DNA of 64,000 nt, taken from contig OX597827.1 in the NCBI GenBank assembly GCA_951406725.2, positions 67,332,001-67,396,000 of the forward strand, written 5' to 3'. The translations under genes were made by a program, and so were the position numbers. Position 1 is the first letter of the stretch. Each line of letters starts with the position of its first letter. The notes below the pieces were generated by a model. It saw only the letters and a program-made list of their open reading frames with translations, did no database searches and was not told where the DNA came from. The stretch is from Octopus vulgaris (lineage: Eukaryota). Shown here piece after piece: positions 1 through 13,432 of the stretch.

Positions 1-799
1 TATATATATATATATATGCGTGTGTGTGTATTCATTTCCTCTGGTTTAGTGGTGTGTGTATATTGTACGCGACTATGTTGTTTGCGTACGTATATTTATG
101 TGTCTGTAGACGATACTGATAAATGTGTGAGTGTATATGTTCGTAGTTCATTTATTGGTACAGCTGATATTATGTTGATTTTTCTCGTTATATGTATTTA
201 TTTTTCCTCTCTATTTCCTCTTGGATTTGAAGTTATGCTGGTTGATATTTTGCCTGTACGAAAACGGTATACGTGCGTTTGAGAAAGGATACACACACGT
301 TCATACACATGGATATGCATGTAGATGTAGATATATACATGTGTGGGTGTGGGGGGTATTCGAGTTTATGTATTTATATATTAATATCAGAATAAGAGAG
401 GTTATTTATTCATATGCGTGTATAGGCATATATGTTATGGAATTGTGTTTATCACATCAAAGGACATAAGAAAATTCACCTAAATCCTGGAGAGTTCCCA
501 GTTTCAAAGATGGAAGAGGACGGGGTGCTGGTGGAGATGGGCCTCGTTACTCATGTAACAACGTGGATGTTTGACTATGTATACGCACGTGTATATATGC
601 AGTCCTACTCACATACATATAAACACATAGACAGACTCATACACACACACGCACACAGATATATGTATATATATATACATTGACGTATCGTCATATATTT
701 ATGCGTCTGTATATATATTATGTAATATATATACATATATAAAAACACATATATATGCATATATACACACATATAGATATATTCATATATATAATTGTG

Positions 800-831
<32 letters not shown>

Positions 832-1589
832 GTTGTATATATATATATGTGTGTGTGTGTATATATATATGTAATATCCACGAATTCATCAATCAGATAT
901 TTTTGTATGAGAGTGTTTTGATTTATTCGTATTTTTTGGAAAGAAAAGTTTCTAAAATTTTCTCATTATAAATCAGTTTCCTGTCAAGAATTAATTAATA
1001 TGGTCATGCAATTTTATTTATTTTTTGTTAAATTTGAAAATATTTTTGTTATATTTTTCTATATATTTTTGAAATATTATAAGTGAATGATTGTCTATGT
1101 TTCTGAGTGCATTTGTCTGTGTATAGGTCTGTGTTTTTGTGTACGCATGTTATTTTTTCCGTAATTTCTAATGTAAATTTTGTAAACTTCACTCCGATTT
1201 CTATTCGAATTTTTTATTCAATAAAACTTTTGTATTACTATGGTTTACACGTATTTTGAAATTTCAATTTAAGAATTTGAAAGAAAAGAAACACCATAGA
1301 GAATTTCTATGAATTTACGTATATTTGTTTGTTTTTATATATACATTCATGAACATGTTTATTAAATTCAGTTTGTTCCTGTTGTTGTTTCATCATGTTG
1401 CCTAATTATATATCGTTTGGAACTCACTCATACATTTTGTTTGTTGAAAGTATGACATTCACCTACTCAACAACACAACTCAGTTTTTAATACTTATTTT
1501 TATTTATATTCAATAAAACCAACCCCAGAGATAGATGAAAAGAATGCTAAGTGGGCCTTGTTGCATTTGAACTAATTACAACGTAATAT

Positions 1590-1678
1590 AGTTTTATATT
1601 TAAGAGATGAGGAATTATGTACATACATTATTTACAATATTTGCATTATTTACATTTGACAGATATTTGTCCTCATCT
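1590..1678 (-). repeat. 3' tail fragment of the tRNA/HHR element family (same as 55140-55217)
   Basis: Reverse complement matches gatgaggacaaatat...aatgtacataattcctcatctcttaaatata at 55141-55210. Confidence 0.8.
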
Positions 1679-1719
1679 GGTATCGTCTGTGGCTGTTCCC
1701 ATACTGCTAATTCATCATT

Positions 1720-2117
1720 GTGGAGGCGCAATGGCCCAGTGGTTAGGACAGCGGACTCGCGGTCGTAGGATCGCGGTTTCGATTCCCAGACCGGGCGTTG
1801 TGAGTGTTTATTGAGCGAAAACACCTAAAGCTCCACGAGGCTCCGTCCGGCAGGGGATGGTGGTGATACCTGCTGTACTCTTTCACCACAACTTTCTCTC
1901 ACTCTTACTTCCTGTTTCTGTTGTACCTGTATTTCATAAGGCCGGCCTTGTCACTCTCTCTGTGTCACGCTGAATATCCCCGAGAACTACGTTAAGGGTA
2001 CAGGTTTCTGCTGTGGAGTGCTCAGCCACTTACACGTTAATTTCACGAGCAGGCTGTTCCGTTGATTCGGATCAACCGGAACCCTCGTCGTCGTAACCGA
2101 CGGAGTGCTTCCGCTCC
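1720..2117 (+). mobile_element. tRNA-derived SINE family A, full length
   Basis: A box tggcccagtgg, B box ggtttcgattcc; 17-bp TSD actgctaattcatcatt at 1703-1719 and 2118-2134; near-identical to 44606-44991. Confidence 0.9.
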
Positions 2118-2371
2118 ACTGCTAATTCATCATTATGCTTTTAAAATTGTAAAATCTGAAATTCAATGTTGGTCGTGAAATTCTGCGCCGATATTTAAGT
2201 TATTATAATTCATAGATAGTATATTACACTGAGCTAATTTTCCGTTAAGATTATGTTTTAAATGTAACGTTTCGGAGATATTATTTTTTCATAAATAAGG
2301 ATGTACATATTTATACCACGGTCACTGTCAATATATTCAGGGGCGACATTTTAAAAACATCTCATAATTCC

Positions 2372-2446
2372 AACTAAGTTACGGGGACGTAAACACACCA
2401 GCACCGGTTGTCAAGCGATGTTGGAGACAAACACAGACACACAACG

Positions 2447-2509
<63 letters not shown>

Positions 2510-3040
2510 AAAATAGTAAAGTGTGAAAAAACGACAGAAGGCTTAAATGTTAAAAAATATATATATTTGTGTCAAAATGTCTGGAGAATATTGGAAAAAT
2601 TTTTTTTCCTTTCCTTAAAATGACATAATTTAAAAATTTTTTTTTTTTAAATTTTTTAATTTTTTAAAAAATTTTTAAATTATGTCATTTTAAGGAAAGG
2701 AAAAAAATTTTTCCAATATTCTCCAGACATTTTGACACAAATATATATATTTTTTAACATTTAAGCCTTCTGTCGTTTTTTCACACTTTACTATTTTCTT
2801 ATATATTCACCCACGTGCTTTACCAAACAAACTTTCTTATCTATATATATATATATATATATATAATAAATATATATATACGACAGGCTTCTTTCAGTTT
2901 CCGTCTACCTAATCCACTCACAAGGCTTTGGTCTGCCCGAGGCTATAATAGAAGACAGTTGCCCAAGGTGCCACGCTATGGGACTGAACCCGGAACCATA
3001 CGTTTCGTTAGCAAGCTACTCACCATACAGCCAATCCTAC
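2372..3040 (-). mobile_element. tRNA-derived SINE family B, split by a palindromic insertion in its internal (TA)n
   Basis: Reverse complement matches 14378-14786 on both sides of 2501-2841. Confidence 0.85.
2501..2806. repeat. Long near-perfect inverted repeat (~140-bp arms)
   Basis: 2501-2641 is the reverse complement of 2666-2806, differing only in A/T-run length. Confidence 0.95.
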
Positions 3041-3483
3041 GACTGTTCATAACTTCGGGAAGAATCATTGAAAATGCTTCTCGAATAGTAAGATTTTCGA
3101 AAACTTACGCTGCGTGATTACGCCTCGGGCACTAATTAACAAATTTTGATTGTAAATAAATATGAGTAATATTTTTTCAAAAACTTATGAATAAAACAGT
3201 AGTATTTCATTTAAGCAGCCATAATTAACATTTACTATATTTTTATTTCTTATGTATTTCAATTTTTCTCTTTTTTTTCATGAATGAAATGATGGAGAAC
3301 TTTGCAGCTGTCCTTTCGTTATCATATTATTTATAAATATATATTAATATATTTATAACTACACACTCGCACAGACATATATACATACATACATGCACAC
3401 ACACAAATTTATATATATATATATATAAGCACACACATGCATATTTGCAAATGTTTATATATATATATATATATAGGCGTGTA

Positions 3484-3531
<48 letters not shown>

Positions 3532-4329
3532 CACATGTATATCTATACATATATACACACACATACATGTTTGTGTGTGCGTGTGTTTATATATCTATAT
3601 GTTATTCAATAATTTCTTGGAAAGAACATCATCATTTAGTAGAGCAGGTACCATCAACGTTACAAAAAAGCAGAATACCATAAAGGAATATAAATACAAA
3701 TTTTTATACATATATTTGAAATATTATTATATAGAATTCATTATAAGGATTGATATAATTACAAATCAGCAGGTGAACCAGACGGGTGTTTTAATATATG
3801 CATAAGCAGATATATTTTTTTCACTAGATCCCACCTTTCAATAGCGAATTAGTTTTCTCGTGAGGCAATTTATGAGGAATAGTCCGAATTTCGCTCGTAA
3901 ACATATGGCCTATGGCTAGAGCAAGAAATAAAGGATATAAATACTATTAATATAATGGGATACTAACCTGACAGACTGTGGGGAAAATTATTAATGTCTA
4001 GTGTACAAGTGTGCAAAATGGAAGGCGTTAATTATAGTTTCGGACGTATAATGGTTTGAGGGAGAAGACAATGACATACAATATTTCGTAAATATCTGGT
4101 GTTGTGGCTGCGTTTCCGCCGGCAATTAGCTGCTACCTCCCGAATAATAAACCATAGTGTTAAAATTCCATATTAGATCATATCTTTGAGAGACAAGGAA
4201 AGTGGTCAGTGATTTAGAAGAAGACAGGGGTGTTAGGACAGGAATAGGAGTGTTAAGGCATTCGAAATGAATGTGGAAAAATATGATAGAGCTGTGAACC
4301 AGAAGTTGGCCCAGACTGAATCTTTTCTA

Positions 4330-4760
4330 TGTTGATAATAAGAACATGGGGTTTGAGGATATTCAATGCAGGAAGTGCTAGTATTGTGAGACAGCTACAT
4401 TGAAGATAAAGATGCAAAAGCGGTTTTATTGTGAGAGACACTGAATGAGCGTTAAGATGCGTTAAGCATCAAAATGCGAAATCATCGGTGATCTGACTCC
4501 AATTGCAACCGCCGAGATCTTGTCTCCATTCTCAGCTCAATCGAAATTACTGATATTGTGAAGTGCGGAATGTTAAAGAGTAACAACATGTTATCGTTAC
4601 ATCTATCGCAGTAGTATCATTATGTATATATATATATATAATGTTGTCATTGAGACCCAAAGGTGTCAGGTAATGCTGAATAAGTGCTATAGACAGACCA
4701 TAGTTAAGTTCCAGGTTCGATAATATTGTGAATAAAGGGTTCAACGTTGGTTCTATGTCA
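4330..4760 (-). mobile_element. Possible decayed Penelope-like ORF C-termini (two pieces)
   Basis: Minus-strand peptides ALNILKPHVL and IQHYLTPLGLND resemble the PLE GIY-YIG C-terminal L.TL.P.GLN motif; adjacent to a fold-back repeat. Confidence 0.3.
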
Positions 4761-4767
4761 GCGTGTG

Positions 4768-4976
4768 TATATAAGAATTTTTTTGCGTAATAAGATAAAA
4801 AACCAAGGCAGTGTAGATATTCGAGCATTTATAGATAGAAGCTCTTACAGCTGTTCTAGGATAGGGATATTATTAATTGATATCCTAGAAAAAGCTGTAA
4901 GACCTTCTATCTATAAATGCTCTAATGTCTATACAGCCTTGGGTTTTTTTATCGTATTACGCAAAAAATTCTTATA

Positions 4977-4978
<2 letters not shown>
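4768..4978. repeat. Imperfect inverted repeat ending in (TA)n, with a decayed HHR 3' half
   Basis: Arms ~4768-4863 and ~4881-4978; right arm reads atatcctaGAAAaagctGTAagacc (GAAAC-AGCT-GTA-like). Confidence 0.8.
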
Positions 4979-5028
<50 letters not shown>

Positions 5029-5032
<4 letters not shown>

Positions 5033-5098
5033 GCAATTATCATCAACACCATCATCTTCATCATGATTTGCATCATCTTCGTTATAAATACGTTCGTT

Positions 5099-5132
<34 letters not shown>

Positions 5133-5425
5133 GATCACGTGATCACATGACCGACCAGACCATCAGATGATGTTGCACATCGCTGGTCACAATGCGTTCG
5201 CATTGTTTTAGCCTTTGAATGACGCCACCCCGCTGGCTAAGCGAGCAGGCCAACAGAAGAAAGAGTGGTGAAAGAGTACAGCAGGGACTACCACCCTCTG
5301 CCGGAGCCTCGTGGAGCTTTTAGGTGTTTTCGCTCAATAAACACACACAACACCCGGTCTGGGAATCGAAACCACGATCCTCCGACTGCGAGTCCGCTGC
5401 CCCAACCACTGGGCCATTGCGCCTC

Positions 5426-5466
<41 letters not shown>

Positions 5467-5551
5467 GAACATATATATATATACGAACATATTTATAATG
5501 ATGATGGTGTAAATCATGAGGATGATGGTGGTGTTGATGATAATTGCCACA
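5029..5551. repeat. Inverted repeat arms (5029-5100 and 5478-5551) around (TA)n plus a SINE
   Basis: tgtggcaattatcatcaacacc... versus ...ggtgttgatgataattgccaca. Confidence 0.85.
5133..5428 (-). mobile_element. SINE with family A tRNA head and an alternative 3' tail
   Basis: 5265-5428 is the reverse complement of the family A head; 5133-5260 differs from the 1720 tail; flanked by (TA)n. Confidence 0.85.
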
Positions 5552-5716
5552 TCATGTGAGATGATAGCTGTCTCATTAAATCATAGTTAGAATCTATACG
5601 TCACTGGATTTTAAGTAAGAAAAGCTTGTACAGCTCTTCTGACTCTCTCAGTCGACATTAAAACTTTCCGGTGACAAGCATTGCAAGATGACTAATAGGT
5701 ACATTTAACCCCTACA

Positions 5717-6010
5717 GGGACCCTGATAGGCACTACTGTTCTGGCTCAGAACTAGTTTGGGAGTAATGAGGATTAAGGGATGACTGCGTGCTCCTCAACA
5801 TTTCTAGAACTTCTAAATTAATGGGTTCGTCATCACAGGATCCTGTTTACTGTCATACCCAGGAAAAGAGATCTATTTTACTAATTGGTAGGATCCTAAG
5901 GGTTAATACCATTTCGGATCACAACGGTCCCTGTGGTATTAAGGAGTACCAAAATTCCCCGAACAGCTCAATAACACTTGCACTGGAGCCGTCTTACCGT
6001 AAGACAAAGA
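5717..6010 (+). repeat. Two decayed tandem copies of an interspersed repeat
   Basis: gggaccctgataggcactactgttctggctcaga... resembles ggatcctaagggttaataccatttcggatcaca... Confidence 0.4.
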
Positions 6011-6060
6011 CATACACACACATACATGCACACACAGACACACAGCCATAGGTATATAAA

Positions 6061-6880
6061 CTTAGATATGTTTCGACCAAAGATTGGTCCAGGCCATGTC
6101 TAACTTAATAGCACCACCTGATAGGATTATTCGAATCCTGTTTAAGTCAAGTTTTGTTCAAGTAGTGAGTTCTTGTTGGGTGAGTTGTATCCAGTTTTGT
6201 TCAAGTAGTGAGTTCTTGTTGGGTGAGTTGTATCCAATTATGGGTGGCTTATCTGGTATTCTTTGAAGGAATCTATCCAGACTCTGTTTAAAGTTGATGG
6301 GATCCTTTTCCTCTTTGATCTCCCTCGGGACAATGTTAAATAGGGCAGGGCCTGTTGAGGAAAAGAAATTATGTTGCAGTGTACATGTATGTTGTGATCT
6401 TGAATTGGGCAGGGGACGTATAGTCCGTGGTCCAAGTCTTGGATGAACCTTGAAGCTAATGTTTAGGTCGTTTGGGCAAAGTTGGTGGTATATTTTCCAC
6501 ATCGTACAAATGATGTACCGCTCACGGCGACGCTGGAGGGAGTAAAGTTTCAAGGCTTTAAGGCGATCCCAATAATCGAGAGCAGCCATGCCTTCAATTT
6601 GTTTAGTGAGTGCCCTCTGGGGTGACTCAATTCTGGAGATGTTTTGTCTTGTGTGAGGAGACCACAGTGGGCAGCAGTATTCAAGGTGTGGCCGTACAAA
6701 AGAGGAAAAAAGTGGTATGATGACGCCTTGTTCTCTGGACCGGAAAATTCTTAAGATCCAGGAACTCATCCTACGAGCTATATCGACCTTCTTGTTGATG
6801 TGTGCACTCCAACTGAGATCGTCATCAACAATTACACCCAGGTCTCTGATATTGTTAGAGGCTGTGAGCGGTTCCCCTAT
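6061..6880 (-). mobile_element. CR1/L2-type LINE, 5'-truncated; ORF2 C-terminus plus 3' UTR
   Basis: ORF 6158-6904 has RDLGVIVD..LSW..HI, VRPHLEYC..LWSP and L.LYSLQRRRER motifs; 43-bp tandem duplication at 6150-6235. Confidence 0.92.
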
Positions 6881-7364
6881 ATTTAAAAACCTGGACAATG
6901 CCATGCTTGTACGTATCCGTATTGTATATCTAACACTCTATTTTGATATATCTGTTTAGCTCTTGCTCCCTCGTTAAACAAATACACATATTTATATGCT
7001 CACATATATGGGCGTATATGTGTATGTATATGTCTGCATATATATATATTTATGAATTTATATAAATAAGGATAAGATCGATAATTTAAATATCGATCTT
7101 ATCAAGTGGCCAGCATGGGAATAAAAACCTTCAATGGTAATAATTATTATTAAAATTATAAGTTAACCACATTAAATATGGTTTTAGAGTCAAGTTTTGG
7201 CTGCTATTTCTAGCGTGGAGGTATCTCTTAGATACCCTAGATTATAATTGCACATATATATATGCATTATACATGCATATATACATACATATATAACTAC
7301 TTATATAAATGTTTACGTATAAACGTGTGTCCCTCAGCTTCTGGCATTTTGCATACGTATGTGC

Positions 7365-7480
7365 AATGCCACCTTCTCTCTCTCTCCTTTTCCCTCTCCC
7401 TATCTCTCTGTATATATATATTTATATATATGCCACCTTGTCTCTCTCTCCTTTTCCCTCTCCCTATCTCTCTGTATATA

Positions 7481-7555
<75 letters not shown>

Positions 7556-7597
7556 CGATAGGGAGAGGGAAAGGAGAGAGAGAGAAGGTGGCATATA
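7365..7597. repeat. ~47-bp unit present twice in direct and once in inverted orientation across a (TA)n tract
   Basis: atgccaccttctctctctctccttttccctctccctatc at ~7365 and ~7430; reverse complement at ~7551-7597. Confidence 0.85.
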
Positions 7598-7630
<33 letters not shown>

Positions 7631-9223
7631 TCGATATATGCTTCTGTACGTGCGTGTGCGTGCTAGTCTGACGTTAGAGGATTATTAACATCAGACATTA
7701 TTTTTCAGTGTTCAATAACAGCATGCTTTACTGCAGTAACGATGACAAAACGTTTATAGCCAGAAGCTAAAGTATCAAAGCATACAGCAAAGACTATTTA
7801 CACTGAAAGAACTCTTCGAAATATTTTTGTATATATTTATTTACGTATTTATTTATTCATATATTTTTCGTATTTTCCTTAAATTTTACATTTAAATCCA
7901 AACCTCTAACAATAAAATCTTTCCCGTCGGGCTAAATAATTGACTGGAATGAGAATAAAATCTCTTGTTGTAAAGATGTGAATCTCGAATATTTTCCATC
8001 AGAAAATTATTCGCTAGGCGCCATTGAACAATTGGACATTTTTTATCGTATATCTGATTTTATTTCGTTTCTGACGTTTTCTGTTTCAATATATTACATT
8101 ATATATTGTTCTATAATTTTCTTGATTTTAATTTTTTTTTTTTTGTTATGGATATTGTTTTTTTTTTTAATTATTTAATTCGAAATGAGAATTTTTTTTT
8201 ATTTTTCATTATTATTTTATCGGATTCTAATGGTGGTAGAAGAGAAAGACAGTTATAATGTTGATTAGCAATGCCTTGAGGTGTTGCTTAGTTACGTCCA
8301 TTAACGTTCTGAGTTCAAATATTAAACGATATCTATTTCGTATTTCGTTCTATCTGAGGAGTGTAGGTCAATATTACAGATAAGCGTCAAGCAGAACTGA
8401 GGCGATTTAATCGTCTAAATCTTCTTTCACATTAAACTTTGTGATCTTGTGTCTTCCATAGAAATCATTGTTATCTGTCATAGCATTTTACTTGTAACCA
8501 TACGTGTTAAGCTTTTACAACACTTTTAATTATGAGGCGAAATCGAAGGCTTACGATCGGGTGTTATATTTACAAGAAATTTAACTACGGAATAACATCA
8601 GAGACATAATCAGAATTTTGAATACAATGAAAGAGCTTCGGTTATTCCAGGTTAAACAAAATTAAGTATGGAAGGACATCGATGAAATAATCGTCATTCT
8701 TTAACATAATTTAAAGCAAAACAGTTGAGGATTTTTATCTCTGTGCATCAAAATTTAAATAAGTACCTTTATATAATGTGGAATATACTACATATTTATA
8801 AGATTAGAAGATTTCCCAAAACTCCTAACGATTTTTCAACACAGTATCTACATATTAATGTAATGTTTTGTGCACTTCGAGATCCGCTGTTCTAAAGAAG
8901 AATTATTTCACGTTCTCTCAAAAGTTTATAATTTCTTATGACGTCAATAAAATACATTTTTAGCCGGAAATATCATGTTCTAAATTGGATAATAAAATTT
9001 GAATGGTTACTTTCGTCCGACGGTAGAACACCTGTTATTTATACAGAATATGTGTGTTCGATTCCCTTGGATAGCCTCCGTCTTTTTCTATCCGAAATAG
9101 ATTTTCATTCTAATATTTACGTGTTCTTATTTATTGCTTTATGTGCTTCGAGATTCACTGTCCCAACATAGAAACATATCACATATATGTGCAAAATATA
9201 GATACATTATAATAATATATATT

Positions 9224-9270
<47 letters not shown>

Positions 9271-10017
9271 AATTATATGCGTTTACTCACACAAACGTAC
9301 ATTTATAATTTGGATAATAAATATATTGTTAATATAGAAGTATGTTTGCATGCATGTATTAGTACAGACGCTGTCCACAATAATTTGGATACAAGGGAGA
9401 ATGTAGTTTTAGATTTTACAAGAAAACATGCTGATCACGACTGGGACATTTTTCATTATTAATCTTCTCGATAAGAATTGACGCAGAGTACAACAACTAC
9501 AACTAACACAGCCGTCATTAGCAACAACAATAACCACAACAATACATCAACTATGACAAATGAGCCGGTGTTTACTACGTTTTCAAATTCCAAATCATAT
9601 CAATCATCGAATTTTGGTGTTGTGTTGCTGCTACTGCTGCTGTTGTTGTTGTTGTTGTTAAGCAACAAGACAGGTAAGGGTGATTAGGTGATGGTCCAGG
9701 GCTTAGGAGCGGGAGACCCCAGACCTTGGAAAAAAAAAACTTTTGTCGTCTTGTTGTAGTCGAGGGTTCTTTGTTGACGCCCGACACCACTGGGAGGTGG
9801 CCCTCGAAGTCGCTGGAAATGGAGATCTCCAGGTCCAAATCATTGAACGGCTGCTGCTGCTGTTGCTGCAGTTGCTGCAGTTGCTCAAGCATTTGTTGGT
9901 ATTGCTGCAGCTGCCGCCGTTGCTGCTGCTGTTGTTGTTGTTGTTGTTGTTGTTGTTAGTGGTGGTGGTGGTGGTGGTGGTGGTGGTGGTGGTGGTGGTG
10001 GTGGTGGTGGTGGTGGT

Positions 10018-10510
10018 CACTCAGAAGCGCTAGAGCCGCAGAAGGGAGACGAATCATCTCATCCATTAAAGCTCCTAGTTTTCGGATATAGCATTCCACC
10101 TAGAGAGCTGGACATCTCAGGCAGAGGTGTTCAGCATATTCCACCTCTTCGTTACAGAGTCTGCATTGATCTGTGTCGATGCGTTCTGCCATCTTTTTCC
10201 ACCGCCTGAGTGCCGGATGATGACCAATACGGAAGCGTATCATGTCTGTGAAGTCTGCCTTCGAGAGGGCTGCTTCGGTTCTTTCATCCGGCTTCTTCGT
10301 GAAGACTTCCTTCAGACGGGGCTGTTGAATTGGCGTTGGCTGGAACGTTCGACGAATAACCGCCTGACGAATGGCTGTATCGATGGCCGCATTCGGTTGT
10401 GGCAGCGCCGAACCACGTTTCGCTTGCATATCTGCGAGTTCATTGCTGCGGTGGTTGCAATGGCCCGGCACCCAGGTCACCATCAAAATCTTTCCAGCTG
10501 TTTCTAGGGC
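10018..10510 (-). mobile_element. I-group (I/Ingi/Nimb-like) LINE 3' fragment with RNase H end and CCHC knuckle
   Basis: WVPGHC..SNELAD.QAK (RNase H) and CRLC..EVE.AEHL...C (CCHC); ends in (CAC)n/(CAA)n. Confidence 0.85.
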
Positions 10511-10839
10511 TGCTGTTCGTTGCAATTCTCAAATTGTTGCTGCTGTTGTCATTGCTGCTGCTATTGTTTTGTTACTGAGATATAGATTTTGTTGGTCTAC
10601 AGTAAATTTTATTGTAAATAGCCAAGTGTAGTCGACCTAGTTGCAAATATATAGGCTCATACGCTGAATTAACAGGTCTTCCTGTGATCTTTTGCTTAAT
10701 TGTCAAAATTTGTAGGAAATATTGGAATTTATTACCCATAAATCACCGCAAAACCGTTTACATAATTTGAAAGACATATTAAATAATGTTGTCATATGTA
10801 CACAAAGATAGAGATAGTGGACAAGCGACAAAAGTAACA

Positions 10840-10861
10840 TAGATGATAGATAGATAGATAA

Positions 10862-10923
<62 letters not shown>
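10840..10923. repeat. (GATA)n microsatellite
   Basis: Direct reading. Confidence 0.98.
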
Positions 10924-11377
10924 GAAAGCTTCATCTCGAGAGATGAAAGCCAGTTCAGTTAACTTACGTCTCTCTTATAATTTCCATTATGCCTGTGAGA
11001 TTTAAACTGGGTCTTAAGACAAGCAGCTCAAATATAAGTGTCCAAACGCATGCGTAGCGTAAGATTCAAAACCTCTTATGTGGTCTATTCGTGTTACACG
11101 TGGTATGGTAATCATATGTACTATGATGTGCCTTTTACAGGAAGGTTGCAACGACAGATTCTTCCATGTACTACACAGGAATTGTACAAAAACCGCGGTA
11201 ATGAAAGGTTAGATGTATGTTGATACGAGCGCAAACTACCGTGAGATTTCATCTGCCTTATGTAAGCATCATTTGAGAGATGTTGATCACAGAGGCTGCT
11301 GTTACAAATCTTATTTTCATCTGTTGCATCTTTGGAACGCCGCTTCCTCGACGTACGATTTATTTATCTATGACGTG

Positions 11378-11806
11378 CGACGAGTTGGCAGAATCGTTAG
11401 CACGCCGAGTGAAATACTTAGCGTCACTTCATATGTCGTTACGGTGTGAATCCAAATTCCACCGAGACTGAATTTCCTTTCTTCCTTTCGGTGTCGATTA
11501 AAAAGTACCAGTTACGCACTGGGGTCGATATAACCAACTTAATCCCTCTGTCTGTCCTTGTTTGTCCCCTCTCTCTTTAGCCCCCTGTGGGCAATAAAGA
11601 AGGCGGCGATCTAGAAGAAAAGTTAGCGAAATGCTTAGCTGTACTTCGTCTGTCTTTACGTTCTGAATTCAAATTACGCCGAGGTCGACTTTGCCTTTCA
11701 TCCTTTCGGGGTTCAATATATTAAGTTTCAGTTGCGTACTGGGGTCTATCTAATCGACTGGCTTCTTCCCCCAACATTTCGGGCTTTGTGCCTAGAGTAG
11801 AAACGA
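11378..11806 (+). mobile_element. SINE family C, two tandem copies
   Basis: Shared block gttctgagttcaaattccgccgaggtcgactttgcctttcatcctttcggggtcgat (Meta-domain-like). Confidence 0.85.
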
Positions 11807-12143
11807 TTTATTTGTGTATATTGGCATTTTTATTATTTTTCTTTTACGCTAGTACAAAGCTAGCAAGACCCTCATTCACTAAAGACCAACATTCATCCGT
11901 GTCAGTAGCCTTCTCTTTTCCAGAATTGCACAAACGTTGTTCAGTTTCTTCAAAGTTGACATCAATACATCTCTTTTACCATTTCTTTGGCTGAGGGTGT
12001 GGTCGTTGTCAAAATTGTTAACTACCATAAAATGAGTGCTTGGGTAGTCTCACAGTTGAAATATCAATGAGATCTCATGACCGTCGCAACTGTTGGTGTG
12101 ATGAGTTACACGGAACACAAAATGGAATATATATATTCGCAAG

Positions 12144-12181
<38 letters not shown>

Positions 12182-12183
<2 letters not shown>

Positions 12184-12500
12184 AGGGCGCGTGGCTTAGT
12201 GGTTAGGGCATTCGGCTCATGATCGTAAGGTTATGAGTTCGATTCCCGGCGACGCGTTGTGTCCTTGAGCAAGACACTTTATTTCACGTTGCTCCAGTCC
12301 ACTCAGCTGGCAAAAATGAGTTGTACTTGTATTTCAAAGGGTCAGCCTTGTCACTCTCTGTGTCACGCTGATTATCCCCGAGAACTACGTTAAGGGTACA
12401 CGTGTCTGTGGAATGCTCAGCCATTTGCACGTTAATTTCACGAGCAGGCTGTTCCGTTGATCGTATCAGCTGGGACCCTCGTCGTCGTAACCGGCGGAGT
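12182..12500 (+). mobile_element. SINE related to family A with a CORE-like block
   Basis: A box tggcttagtgg, B box gagttcgattcc, block gtgtccttgagcaagacac; 3' tail shared with the 1720 copy. Confidence 0.88.
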
Positions 12501-12509
12501 AAAGGAAAG

Positions 12510-12566
<57 letters not shown>

Positions 12567-12691
12567 TAAATTAGAGATAAAACCACTATTAGGCAAATCA
12601 TACAATGAAAAACTTAAGCCAATACATAAGATTAATTAATTTATATTATTTTAAATATATATCAAAATTATTAAAAAACGATAATGAGTAT

Positions 12692-12758
12692 AACACTACG
12701 ATCGTTTCATGGCTGTCCAATTCGTAAAAATTCGAGTTACAGTCAATCTTCAGGTGAT
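12692..12758 (-). ncRNA. Type I hammerhead ribozyme motif (PLE-type)
   Basis: Reverse complement: atcac CTGAAGA ttgactgt...acagccat GAAAC gatc GTA gtgtt; palindromic stem III ACGATCGT. Confidence 0.8.
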
Positions 12759-13110
12759 TGAAATATTTATCTTAGCGAGGTTTAACAATGAACTCACTTG
12801 TCAAATATGTCTGTGTATATCTATATATATGTGTGTGTATATAAAACAGTTCACACGCACTCAGGTACACACATATAAACACATTTGTGTGTGGATGTGT
12901 GTGTTTATTCACCATCGGATACTTGACAGTGAACATAAATCTTGCAAATCCACTGATATTAATTCAGAGATAATTTAGGAAGTAATAAGGATCACTTAGG
13001 TAGCCTTCGACCATTTTGCTGAGTGCACCTAAACCCTATATATACCACGCGTGTATCCACATACACATACACATACAGACGCACACACGCACATACACAC
13101 ACACACACAC

Positions 13111-13179
<69 letters not shown>

Positions 13180-13201
13180 GTGTATGTATATATGTATGTA
13201 T

Positions 13202-13432
13202 ACATACTGGTGAAAATAACGTACAAGTGGCTGAGTACTCCACAGATACGTTTACCCTTAATGCAGTTGTCAGGGAGATTCAGCTTGACACCGAATGTGT
13301 CAAGCTGATACAACTCATGTTGACATCTGGGTGGACTGGAGCAACGTGAAATAAAGAATAAACCGGGCATCGAAAATGGGACCTTAGGACTGTGATCCCG
13401 CATACCCTAACCACTAAGCCACTTGCCTTCAC
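13202..13432 (-). mobile_element. Decayed family A-related SINE
   Basis: Reverse complement has tggcttagtggttagggt head and taagggta..cgtatctgtggagtactcagccacttg tail. Confidence 0.75.

Noticed and set aside
1722-1795. tRNA gene
   Set aside because: It is the tRNA-derived head of a multi-copy SINE flanked by a TSD.
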